64,000 nucleotides of DNA from Tepidisphaera sp. (lineage in GTDB: Bacteria > Planctomycetota > Phycisphaerae > Phycisphaerales > UBA1924), in contig CP051526.1 in NCBI GenBank assembly GCA_050916045.1, positions 4,000,001 to 4,064,000 on the forward strand, in the 5' to 3' direction. This document shows positions 29,409 to 38,413 of the stretch, piece after piece. Each line of letters opens with the position of its first letter. Position 1 is the stretch's first letter. The notes beneath the pieces are model-generated. The model ran no database searches, was not told where the DNA came from, and saw only the letters and a list, made by a program, of their open reading frames with translations. The translations under genes and the position numbers were made by a program.

Positions 29409-31544
29409 TCACTTCGGCGTCGCGGCCTGGGCTTCGTCCTTGGTCTTGGGCTTCCACTCCGGCTCGGCGAAGAGGAACGCCGTCCGGTTGTACCGGAGCA
29501 CGACGAAGACGACCCGCTCGGGCTGCTCCTTCGCGAGGCGATCCATCACCTTCCGGAAGTCATCCACGCCGGAGATCTCGGTCCCCGCGATCTTCTGGAT
29601 CAGGTCGCCGCCCTGCACGCCCGCGAGCCCGGCCCAGCCGACGTTCTCGACGCTGGTCACCAGCACACCCTTGACCGAGTCATCCCACTGCGCCTCATCG
29701 CGGTCAAAGAAAGTGACATCGCGGACGGAAAGCTCAAAGTCCTTGTTCTCATCGCGCTTGGCTTCCGCCGCGGAGAGACGCGTCTTCTCAAGGTTGACGG
29801 CGAGCGTCTCGGGCTTGCCCTCTCGCACGACCTTGATCGTGACTTTCTCGTCGGTCTTGAACTGGCGAACGGCCCGCTGAAGCTGGCCGGCGTCCTGTGT
29901 GCCGCGCGGAGCCATCTTCTGGTCGTTGATCGCGGTGATGATGTCCCCGGCTTTGAGGCCCGCGGACGCCGCGATCGTGCCCGGATAGACCTTCGTGACG
30001 CGGTACCCGGCCGTGCCGTCGGTCGTCAGGCGCTTGGCCAGATCGCGAAAGACGGGCTGGCTTTCAACGCCAAGCCACGCTTTGGGAAGCTCGGGAGCTT
30101 CATCCTCCTTTTTCTGCGGGCGGGGCTTGATCAGCGTGACCTGGTCCTGCCCACGGCGATCGACGCGGAGCAGGACGAACTCGGGGATCTTGTCCGGGCT
30201 GCTCACGTTCATGATGGACCGGTAGATCTCGACGGCTTCCTTGAAGGTGCGCACCGGCTTGCCGTCGATCTCCTTGAGGATGTCGCCACCCTGAAGCTTG
30301 GGCTCGGCGAGGTCGGTGGGGCTGCCGGACTTGCTTCCGGTGATGAGCACGCCATCGCGGTTCGCAAGCCTGCGGTTGCGTGCGATCGTCTCGGTGATCT
30401 CGGCGATCGAGAGGCCCCAGCCGCGGAGAAGCGTTTCGTCACCAATCTCGCGAAGCTGCTTGTCCGTCACGACCGGGATTGTCAGCGTCTGGCCGTCACG
30501 CACGACCGTGAAGCTCACCGTTCCGCCCACCGGCGTGCTCGCGATCTGCTTGAGAAGCGGCGGAATCTCCTCGGCGAACCTGACGGTCGTCGCTTGTTCG
30601 TTGATCTTGACGATGACGTCACCGGCTTTCACGCCGGCTTTGGCGGCCGGGCCGTCCTTGTTGACGGAGTTGACGAGCACGCCCTCCTTGATCCCCGTCT
30701 TGGAGATCGCTTTGAAGGACATGCCGACGTTGCTCCGTGTGACCTGGCCGTTGGCGATCAGTTCGGCGACCACCTCGCGGACGAGGGAAGCCGGGCTTGC
30801 AAAGCCCATGCCCGACCCGCCGCGCGTGTTGACCCCGACGATCTCGCCCTTCATGTTGACGAGCGGGCCGCCCGAGTTGCCCGGATTGATCAGCGCATCG
30901 TGCTGGATCCAACGCGTGTAGTTCCCCGTGGACTGCCCGTAATCAAGCTCCATCTCGTCAACATCCTCGCTGCCGAAGCCCGAGGTGAAAACCCGGCTGG
31001 TGTTGCTCACAATGCCGAGCGTCACGCTCCGCGAAAGCGAGAACGGCGACCCCATCGCCAGAACATTGTCGCCCACCTGCAGCTCGTCGGAGTTCCCCCA
31101 CGAGGCCGTCGCGAGCGTGGTCCCCGGCTTGAGCTCGTTCAGGTTGAGCTTGAGCACGGCCAGGTCGGTCGCGGGGTCCTCGCCGACCATGGTGGCCGTG
31201 ATCTCCTGCTTGTCGGCGAGCGTGCAGAAGAACTTCTTCCCGTCGCTGGTAACGTGAGCGTTGGTCACCACCAGCCCCTCGGGCGAGATGATCGTGCCCG
31301 AACCGCTGCCGCCACCCTTGTTCTCCTGCCCGCCGTAGTACGAAACCGTCACCACCCGGATGTTCACCAGAGCCGGGAAGACTTTGTCCCGCGCCGAAGC
31401 GGTCAGATTCCTGATTTCGGTCAAAAGGGTGTCGTCGCCCGTCGCTGCACCCGAACCGGAACCGGCACAGCCGGCAACACCCCCCGCAAGCAGGAGAAGC
31501 GTGCAGACCGAAAGAGCGCGAAGAACGGGTACTGTTTGGATCAC
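29409..31544 (-). CDS. HtrA/DegP-family serine protease lipoprotein with four PDZ domains
   Basis: TNAHV / DLAVL / GNSGGP triad; four GD(V/I/L)I-type PDZ repeats; lipobox VAG-C; GTG start 31544 after AAGGAG. Confidence 0.9.
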   Translation of the reverse strand: MIQTVPVLRALSVCTLLLLAGGVAGCAGSGSGAATGDDTLLTEIRNLTASARDKVFPALVNIRVVTVSYYGGQENKGGGSGSGTIISPEGLVVTNAHVTSDGKKFFCTLADKQEITATMVGEDPATDLAVLKLNLNELKPGTTLATASWGNSDELQVGDNVLAMGSPFSLSRSVTLGIVSNTSRVFTSGFGSEDVDEMELDYGQSTGNYTRWIQHDALINPGNSGGPLVNMKGEIVGVNTRGGSGMGFASPASLVREVVAELIANGQVTRSNVGMSFKAISKTGIKEGVLVNSVNKDGPAAKAGVKAGDVIVKINEQATTVRFAEEIPPLLKQIASTPVGGTVSFTVVRDGQTLTIPVVTDKQLREIGDETLLRGWGLSIAEITETIARNRRLANRDGVLITGSKSGSPTDLAEPKLQGGDILKEIDGKPVRTFKEAVEIYRSIMNVSSPDKIPEFVLLRVDRRGQDQVTLIKPRPQKKEDEAPELPKAWLGVESQPVFRDLAKRLTTDGTAGYRVTKVYPGTIAASAGLKAGDIITAINDQKMAPRGTQDAGQLQRAVRQFKTDEKVTIKVVREGKPETLAVNLEKTRLSAAEAKRDENKDFELSVRDVTFFDRDEAQWDDSVKGVLVTSVENVGWAGLAGVQGGDLIQKIAGTEISGVDDFRKVMDRLAKEQPERVVFVVLRYNRTAFLFAEPEWKPKTKDEAQAATPK

Positions 31545-31550
31545 CAGGGA

Positions 31551-31591
31551 GCTCCTTGTTGCGGGCCGACCGGAATTCGGCGGTTGGCCGG
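31551..31591. repeat. 5' arm (includes SD) of inverted repeat bracketing the HtrA gene
   Basis: Minus strand CCGGCCAACCGCCGAATTCCGGTCGGCCCGCAACAAGGAGC. Confidence 0.7.
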
Positions 31592-31808
31592 GAAAGCGTA
31601 CACCAACGGAGGGTCGGTTACACGGAAGCGGTTTGGGGGTTTTACCTGCGACTTTCGCGAGAGGTTCGGGGTTGTGCCACGCGTGAGAGTCGGTTAAACT
31701 TTCCCTCATTCGAAAGGATCGGCAACTGCAGAGGTTCTTCCTGACCCGACAGTTCTTTTCACAAAGGGTGGAGGGGTGCGTCCCCCATCGTCCGACTGGA
31801 GATTGAGT

Positions 31809-33017
31809 TTGCATCCAATTCTGAGTCGTTTGTTCGGACCCCTTGTGGGCGCCCTTGTGGTCCTTGTCGCGCTGACGAAGCCAGCGACGGCGGACGAGCT
31901 CGGGCGCATTTTCCTCTTCGATCAGGAGTACGTCCTCCAGCGATTTGACTACAACGCGCACATTTCGTTCCCCGATCGGCGAACCCCGGGGCGAACCTGC
32001 CAACTCTGGGGCGTCTCCGGAGCCACCTTCGATCAGGAACGCGGCGTCCTCATCCTGACGAGCAACACCCAGCAGAACGTCGCACCGTACTCGTACAAGA
32101 ACTACGTCATCGAAGCCGAGGTCAATCTCGGGCCCACCGGCCTGGTCACCGGCTTGTCCCACACGCGGACCCTCGTCGCAGGCGACACCTCCACCATGGG
32201 CTACGACCTCGAGCCGCGCGGCGTGACCATCAATACCAGCGATCAGGGCCTCGGAGCCGGGGGCAACCTCGTCGTCTCCACCTCGAACAACTGGCTTCGG
32301 GCTTTCGACATCCAGACCGGCGATCCGATCATCTGGGGCCCCAGCACGGACAACGGCTTCCCGATCAACGTGCCCAACACCTCGACCGAGGACGCCGCGT
32401 ACGTCCCCGGAACCAACTCGTTCTTCACGATCTGGCGGGCTCCCGTCTCCGCGTGCACCATCTTCAACCGATTCGGCCGCACCGGCCCGGCGTTCTACGT
32501 CGCCCGAAGCCGCGACCAGTCGATGGCGGGCCTCCCCGTCTCGATCAGCTGCCTCGAGCCCTGGGCGCAGTTCCCTCGCCTCTTTGAGTTCCAGACCACC
32601 ATCTTGGTCGGGACTGACAGCGCCAACCCCGCGATCGAAGCCTACGACGTGCGGAGCCGCTTCATCACTCGCGAGCGTCTGTCCAGCGTCCCCACGCCGG
32701 GCGCCAAGACGTTCCCGCTCCACGGCTCGAACTCGCAGCTCTGGATCTCGGCCATCGCCAACGACCGCAACACGGGCCGCTTGTTCGTCTTCAACCGCGG
32801 CAACGCCCTGGGCACGACGGACGTCTTCGTGCTCACGCCACTGCCGATCCCGTGCTTTGCCGACTTCAACCTCGACGGCTTCCTGGACTTCTTCGACTAC
32901 GACGATTTCGGCTGGGCCTACGAGACCGGCGACATGCGAGCGGACTTCAACCGCGACGGCTTCCTGGACTTCTTCGACTACGACGGCTTCAAGGAGGTTT
33001 ACGAAGCCGGCTGCTGA
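31809..33017 (+). CDS. secreted protein with C-terminal GC-type dockerin-like domain
   Basis: Signal peptide ending ATA-D; tandem ADFNxDGFLDFFDYD repeats ending in GC-stop; probable beta-propeller body; TTG start after GGAG is tentative. Confidence 0.8.
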   Translation: MHPILSRLFGPLVGALVVLVALTKPATADELGRIFLFDQEYVLQRFDYNAHISFPDRRTPGRTCQLWGVSGATFDQERGVLILTSNTQQNVAPYSYKNYVIEAEVNLGPTGLVTGLSHTRTLVAGDTSTMGYDLEPRGVTINTSDQGLGAGGNLVVSTSNNWLRAFDIQTGDPIIWGPSTDNGFPINVPNTSTEDAAYVPGTNSFFTIWRAPVSACTIFNRFGRTGPAFYVARSRDQSMAGLPVSISCLEPWAQFPRLFEFQTTILVGTDSANPAIEAYDVRSRFITRERLSSVPTPGAKTFPLHGSNSQLWISAIANDRNTGRLFVFNRGNALGTTDVFVLTPLPIPCFADFNLDGFLDFFDYDDFGWAYETGDMRADFNRDGFLDFFDYDGFKEVYEAGC

Positions 33018-34139
33018 TCAGGGCCGAGGAGCTCGATCCCCCAGAACATCCGCCGCGTCAGCCAAGCTGGCGCCGCGGGCCGTGACATGGCCGACCTTGC
33101 GGCCCGGCTTGGGGTCCTTGCCGTACCAATGAACACACGCGCCCGGACGCCCGAGCAGGGCGTCTGCGGCCGCGCGCGGCACGCCAATCAGGTTGTCCAT
33201 CACCGCCGCTCCGCATGCCATCGCCGTCGGGCCGATGGGCTGGCCCGCGACCGCCCGCACGTGGTTCTCAAACTGCGAGCAGACGGAGCCCTCGATCGTC
33301 CAGTGCCCGCTGTTGTGCACCCGCGGAGCCATCTCGTTCCCCATCAGGATCGGCCCGCGCGGCGTGGCCACCTCGAAGAACTCGATCGCGAGCACGCCCA
33401 CATACCCGAGCCTTTCCATGATCGCACGCGCGTACCCCTCGGCCGCCTGCTGGAGCGCCGGCTCCACGTCCGGAGCGGGCGCGATCGATCGGCGGAGAAT
33501 CCCGCCCTCGTGGCGGTTCTGCACCAGCGGGTAGGCCGCCGTCGATCCATCCACACCGCGCACCGCCAGGATCGAAAGCTCCCGCGCAAAGGTCACAAAC
33601 GCTTCCGCGACCACGCCCGGATCCCCCGCTCCGATCGACGCCCACGCCGCATCCACCGCCGCCGGGGACGCATCGCGAAGGACCGCTTGCCCTTTGCCGT
33701 CATACCCCATGCGCCTGGACTTGACCACGCACGGCACGCCAACCTTCGCCACCGCTTCGCGCAGCTCGCCCGCGGATGACGCGCACGCGAACTCGGGCAC
33801 CGCAAGCCCGACCTCGCGGAAAAGCGTCTTCTCAAACAAGCGATCCTGCCCGGTTCGGAGCGCCTGCACGCCCGGCCGAACGGGCACGCTCGCCATCGCC
33901 TGGATCTTCTCGAGCGCCCCGGCGGGCACGTTCTCGAACTCAAACGTGACCACGTCCACCGACGCGAGGAATTCCTTGAGCGCCGCGGGATCGTCGTACG
34001 CCCCGATCACGACCCTCCCCACCGCCGCCGCGGGAGCATCGGGCGACGGGTCCAGAAAGACAAACCGGTGCCCGAGCGGAATCCCCGCCAGCGCCAGCAT
34101 CTGCCCGAGTTGTCCGCCGCCGAGAACGCCGATGTTCAT
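33018..34139 (-). CDS. purK: N5-carboxyaminoimidazole ribonucleotide synthase
   Basis: IGVLGGGQLG, TFEFENV, GYDGKGQ, NEMAPRVHNSGHW, YGK..PGRKVGH. Confidence 0.96.
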   Translation of the reverse strand: MNIGVLGGGQLGQMLALAGIPLGHRFVFLDPSPDAPAAAVGRVVIGAYDDPAALKEFLASVDVVTFEFENVPAGALEKIQAMASVPVRPGVQALRTGQDRLFEKTLFREVGLAVPEFACASSAGELREAVAKVGVPCVVKSRRMGYDGKGQAVLRDASPAAVDAAWASIGAGDPGVVAEAFVTFARELSILAVRGVDGSTAAYPLVQNRHEGGILRRSIAPAPDVEPALQQAAEGYARAIMERLGYVGVLAIEFFEVATPRGPILMGNEMAPRVHNSGHWTIEGSVCSQFENHVRAVAGQPIGPTAMACGAAVMDNLIGVPRAAADALLGRPGACVHWYGKDPKPGRKVGHVTARGASLADAADVLGDRAPRP

Positions 34140-34154
34140 GCTTGCTCTTTCCCG

Positions 34155-34712
34155 TCACCGAGCCTTCGAGGGCTTTGCCTGTTTCGGCCGCGGATCCCGG
34201 TCCGCGAGGACCGATTGCGTCTGCGTTTCGCGCCACGCTCGAAGCCGCTCGCGAACCTCCGGCCGGCTCCCCGACACGATCGACGCCGCCAGAAGCCCCG
34301 CGTTGATCGCTCCCGCTTTTCCCGGTGCCAGCGTGCCCACCGGCACACCGCCCGGCATCGACACGATCGAAAGCAAGCTGTCCAGCCCGTTCACGCTGTC
34401 CGTTCGCGTCGCCGACACCACCGGCACACCAAGCACCGGAAGCACCGTCAGGCTCGCCGTCATCCCCGGCAGGTGCGCCGCGCCCCCCGCGCCCGCGATG
34501 ATCACCTCAAGCCCGCGCCCCTCCGCGCCTTTCGCATACTCCACCATCCATTCCGGCGTCCGATGGGCCGACACCACGAGGCACTCGTGCGGCACACCCA
34601 GGGCTTCGAGCGTTTCCGATGCATGACGCATCGTCTCCCAATCCGACTTGGACCCCATGATGACGCCCACCAAAGCGGCGGGGCTGTCGGGGCGTGCTTG
34701 GCGCTTGCTCAT
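34155..34712 (-). CDS. purE: N5-carboxyaminoimidazole ribonucleotide mutase
   Basis: [42 protein letters not shown]. Confidence 0.96.
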   Translation of the reverse strand: MSKRQARPDSPAALVGVIMGSKSDWETMRHASETLEALGVPHECLVVSAHRTPEWMVEYAKGAEGRGLEVIIAGAGGAAHLPGMTASLTVLPVLGVPVVSATRTDSVNGLDSLLSIVSMPGGVPVGTLAPGKAGAINAGLLAASIVSGSRPEVRERLRAWRETQTQSVLADRDPRPKQAKPSKAR

Positions 34713-34808
34713 AGGCCGCATGGTACCCACATCGTCTCTCGGATCGTGTAACCCGCCGCGACAAAGCGCCATCTAACCGGTGGAACGCACACCCCAAGGA
34801 ACACGCTC

Positions 34809-36044
34809 ATGAACCGCGCCGCCCTCCTCGCTTTGCTCGCCGTTTCCACCCTCACCCCCGCTCTGCTCGCCCAGTACGCGGGTTCGGCCCAACAACCGGT
34901 CACCCAACCGGCCGCCCCATCCGCTCCGGCAAGCCCCGCTCCGGCCAAGCCCGAGCCCGTCCGCGCCACCGCGCAGTGGAACCTCGCCGCCAAGGACCGC
35001 CTCGCCATCCAGGGTTACGACCCGGTCGCGTACTTCCCCGAAGCCGGCGGCATCGCCAAGGAGGGCCTCGCGTCCATCACCTCCGACCACAAAGGCGCCG
35101 TCTACCGCTTTGCTTCCGCCGAGAACAAAGCCCGCTTTGACGCCAACCCCGACAAGTTCGAGCCCGCGTACGGCGGCTGGTGCGCCTGGGCGATGCTCGA
35201 CGGCGAAAAAGTCGAGATCGACCCCAAATCCTTCATCGTGAAGGGCGGACGCCTCTTCCTCTTCTACAACGGCTTCTTCGCCGACACCAAAGCCAAGTGG
35301 TCCAAGGGCGACCACAACGCCGAAGCCACCAAAGCCGACGCCAAGTGGCTCGGCCTCTCCGGAGAATCCCCCCGCACGCCCAAGTCCACCGCGCTCAAGG
35401 ACAAGCTCGACGCCAAGGGCGCTGAACTCGCCGCCAAAATGCCCCCCGCGATGAACGAGACCTTCGACAAGGGCATCAAGGACATCGCCGCCTCCGGCGT
35501 CCTCGCCACCGCCCTCAAGGTCGGCGACAAAGCCCCGGACTTCGAGCTCGCCGACGCTTCGGGCAAGATGGTGTCCCTCAAGTCCATGCTCGCCGAAGGT
35601 CCCGTCGTCCTTACCTGGTACCGCGGGGCCTGGTGCCCCTTCTGCGATGTCCAGCTCCGCGCCTACCAGGACGCCATGCCCGAGATCAAAGCCGCCGGCG
35701 CCCGCATGGTCGCTCTCTCGCCCCAGACCGTCGAAGCCACCATGGGCCTCACCAAGAAAGCCTCCCTCACCATGGACGCCCTCTCCGACACCGACAACAA
35801 GGTCGCCAAGGCCTACGGCATCGCGTACAAAGTCTCCGAGCCCGTCGCCACCATCCTTGAAAACGGCGTCCAGCTCTCCAAGGTCAACGGCACCAGCTCC
35901 GCCGAACTCCCCCTCGCCGCGACGTACATCGTCGACACCTCCGGCAGCATCGCCTACGCCTTCGTCGACGCCGACTACCACAAGCGAGCCGAACCTGCCG
36001 AGATCGTGAACGCCCTCAACACGCTCAAAGCCGGCAAGAAGTGA
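34809..36044 (+). CDS. exported YHS-domain / peroxiredoxin-like (AhpC-TSA) fusion protein
   Basis: Signal peptide; AIQGYDPVAYF..PAYGGWCAW (YHS-type); VGDKAPDFEL..YRGAWCPFC..RAEPAEI (CxxC Prx-like). Confidence 0.85.
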   Translation: MNRAALLALLAVSTLTPALLAQYAGSAQQPVTQPAAPSAPASPAPAKPEPVRATAQWNLAAKDRLAIQGYDPVAYFPEAGGIAKEGLASITSDHKGAVYRFASAENKARFDANPDKFEPAYGGWCAWAMLDGEKVEIDPKSFIVKGGRLFLFYNGFFADTKAKWSKGDHNAEATKADAKWLGLSGESPRTPKSTALKDKLDAKGAELAAKMPPAMNETFDKGIKDIAASGVLATALKVGDKAPDFELADASGKMVSLKSMLAEGPVVLTWYRGAWCPFCDVQLRAYQDAMPEIKAAGARMVALSPQTVEATMGLTKKASLTMDALSDTDNKVAKAYGIAYKVSEPVATILENGVQLSKVNGTSSAELPLAATYIVDTSGSIAYAFVDADYHKRAEPAEIVNALNTLKAGKK

Positions 36045-36089
36045 CCCTGGCGGCCGGCCCGCCACATCCCGCATCTCGACCACGCACAC

Positions 36090-36120
36090 GGCGACCGCCC
36101 GCAAACCCCGGGCGGTCGTC
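36090..36120 (+). terminator. hairpin after the YHS-Prx gene
   Basis: GGCGACCGCCCG-CAAACCC-CGGGCGGTCGTC; no strong U tract. Confidence 0.45.
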
Positions 36121-36135
36121 TCCGTACCCTCGGTC

Positions 36136-37689
36136 ATGACCGGACCGTCAGCAAGCGATCCCCACTTTCTCGAATCCGTCTCCGCCATGGCTCGCTGGAT
36201 CGAGTCCTATTGGGACCGCCTCCCTTCTCTCCCCGTCCTCTCCCAAGCCAAGCCCGGCGAGGTCCTCGCCAAGCTCCCCGACCACCCACCAGAAGCCGGA
36301 TCGGGCACAAGCCAAGCCTTCTGGGACGACATCCGCCGCGACCTGGACGCCATCGTCGTCCCCGGCCTCACGCACTGGCAGCACCCCGGCTTCTTCGCGT
36401 ACTTCCCCGCCAACATCTCCACCCCCGCCATCGTCGGCGAGCTGCTTTCCGCCGGCCTTGGCGTGCAGGGGATGCTCTGGCTCACAAGCCCCGCGTGCAC
36501 CGAGATCGAGACCCGCGTGCTCGACTGGCTCCGCGAAATGCTCGGCCTGCCCGCGTGCTTTGACAGCCGGTCCTCCCTCAACGGCGGGTCCAACGGGGGT
36601 GGAGTGATCCAAGGCACCGCCAGCGAAGCCACGCTCTCCGCGTTGGTCGCCGCTCGCGACAGGGCCCGCCGATCGCTCAGCAGCCAAGCCGCGAACGCAG
36701 CCCCGCGCCTGCGACCCGAGTACACCGTCTACGCCTCCACGCAGGCCCACTCCTCCATCATGAAAGCCGCGATGATCGCCGGCATCGCCGACAGCGCCGC
36801 CGACACCCGGCACGTCCGCCTCATCGATGTCGACGACGCGTACGCGATGCGGACCGACCTCCTCGAAGCCGCCCTCCGCGAGGACCTCGCCGCCGGTCTG
36901 ACGCCCTGCTTCGTCTGCGCCAACGTCGGCACGACCGCGACCACCGCGATGGACCCCATTGGCGGCATCGCCGCCGCGCTCGACCGAGTCTTCGCCGCTT
37001 CGGGCCGCCCCCGGCCCTGGCTCCACGTCGACGCCGCCCACGCCGGGGCCGCCGCCGTCTGCCCCGAGTTCCGCCCGATGCTCAAGGGCGTGGAGCACGC
37101 CGACTCCTTCTGCTTCAACCCGCACAAGTGGCTGCTGACGAACTTCGACTGCGACTGCTTCTACGTCAAGGACCGCCGCCCGCTGATCGACGCCCTTTCG
37201 ATCACGCCCGACTACCTGCGGAACCAAGCGTCCGACTCCGGAGCCGTGATCGACTACCGCGACTGGCAGATCCCCCTGGGCCGCCGCTTCCGCGCCCTCA
37301 AGCTCTGGTTCGTCATCCGGGCTTTCGGCGTCGAAGGCCTCCAAGCCCACATCCGCCGGACGGTCGCCCTCGCCGCCCAATTCGAAGCTCTGGTCCGAGC
37401 CGACGACCGGTTCGAGATCGTCGCCCCCCGCACCGTCAACCTCGTCTGCTTCCGCCTCAAGGGGTCCGACGACCTCAACCGCACGCTGGTCGACACCATC
37501 AACGCCTCGGGCCGGGCGTTTCTCATCCACACGGTGGTGCCGACCCGCCCGATGAGCCCCGGCAAACCCGCCAAGACGCTCATCCTTCGCCTCGCCGTCG
37601 GCGCCCCCGCGACCGAGCAAGCCCACATCGACGCGGTCTGGGACCAGATCAAGCAGACCGCTTCCGACCTCCTAGGCTTGTCCCGATGA
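36136..37689 (+). CDS. PLP-dependent aromatic-L-amino-acid decarboxylase family protein
   Basis: THWQHPGFFAYFP, SPACTEIE, GGVIQGTASEA, HVDAAHAG, FNPHKWLL (PLP Lys), WQIPLGRRFRALKLW. Confidence 0.92.
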   Translation: MTGPSASDPHFLESVSAMARWIESYWDRLPSLPVLSQAKPGEVLAKLPDHPPEAGSGTSQAFWDDIRRDLDAIVVPGLTHWQHPGFFAYFPANISTPAIVGELLSAGLGVQGMLWLTSPACTEIETRVLDWLREMLGLPACFDSRSSLNGGSNGGGVIQGTASEATLSALVAARDRARRSLSSQAANAAPRLRPEYTVYASTQAHSSIMKAAMIAGIADSAADTRHVRLIDVDDAYAMRTDLLEAALREDLAAGLTPCFVCANVGTTATTAMDPIGGIAAALDRVFAASGRPRPWLHVDAAHAGAAAVCPEFRPMLKGVEHADSFCFNPHKWLLTNFDCDCFYVKDRRPLIDALSITPDYLRNQASDSGAVIDYRDWQIPLGRRFRALKLWFVIRAFGVEGLQAHIRRTVALAAQFEALVRADDRFEIVAPRTVNLVCFRLKGSDDLNRTLVDTINASGRAFLIHTVVPTRPMSPGKPAKTLILRLAVGAPATEQAHIDAVWDQIKQTASDLLGLSR

Positions 37690-38393
37690 AACGGGCCCTG
37701 CGGCTGCTCTGCCTGCTCCCCCTCGCCACGCTCGCGGCGTGCTCGGCCCCCCCGCGCCCCGTCAGCGGGATCATCATCCCCGCGGGCAAGTACACCCAAG
37801 CTTTCGACGCCGCCCGCGACGCCGTCCGCGAGCTTCGCTTTGACCTCGAGCGCGTCGACGCCCGCCAGGGCGTGCTCACGACCCGTGCCAAAGCCACCAA
37901 CGGCCTCGCGACGCCGTGGGACGTCGAACAGACCACCACCGAGCAGGAACTCGAGGACCTGGTCAACCAGCAGTCCCGCAAGGTCCGCGTCGTCTTCACC
38001 GCCCGGGCGGCGCAGCCCTCGGGCGCGGCCGCTTCGGATGATCTGGGCGACCTTCCCCCGCTCCAGGACGCGCCCCTCCCGCAGGACCTTCTGTCGCACC
38101 CCGGCACCGTCACGATGCGCGTCGTCGTCACCCGCTCCCGCACCCAGCGACCCGGCTGGCGACTCTCGACCAACTCGGTCCGGAGCAGTTCGTTCAGCAT
38201 CGACCCCGCGCGCGGCGAAACGCCCGTAGACGCCGAGTACGAATCCTCCGCCGGCGAAGACCGCGACCTGGCCACCCGCGTGCTCGAAAGCGTCCGCGTC
38301 GCCCTCGATCTTCCCAAGCCGCGCACCTCCACGACCACGCGCCGCCGGCCCGCTCCGGTCGACCCCTCCAAGGTGCCCCCGGCGATGCCCTGA
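37686..38393 (+). CDS. hypothetical lipoprotein
   Basis: MKRALRLLCLLPLATLAA-C lipobox; ATGA overlap with the decarboxylase. Confidence 0.75.
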   Translation: MKRALRLLCLLPLATLAACSAPPRPVSGIIIPAGKYTQAFDAARDAVRELRFDLERVDARQGVLTTRAKATNGLATPWDVEQTTTEQELEDLVNQQSRKVRVVFTARAAQPSGAAASDDLGDLPPLQDAPLPQDLLSHPGTVTMRVVVTRSRTQRPGWRLSTNSVRSSSFSIDPARGETPVDAEYESSAGEDRDLATRVLESVRVALDLPKPRTSTTTRRRPAPVDPSKVPPAMP

Positions 38394-38413
38394 CCGCCGC
38401 TCTGGAACCCCGC

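Noticed and set aside
29365..31591. Gene-flanking inverted repeats as MITE/IS ends or a shared recombinase site
   Set aside because: Arms differ from gene to gene and contain bulges and G-U-type differences; I saw no target duplications or recombinase. Only the GH56 pair remains compatible with DNA inversion.
31545..32723. Apparent 1104-aa HtrA with a long N-terminal extension
   Set aside because: The extension is antisense to the dockerin-tail gene; the SD and lipobox place the start at GTG 31544.
35170..35195. Selenocysteine in the YHS domain
   Set aside because: The GGWC codon is TGC (Cys); no in-frame TGA.
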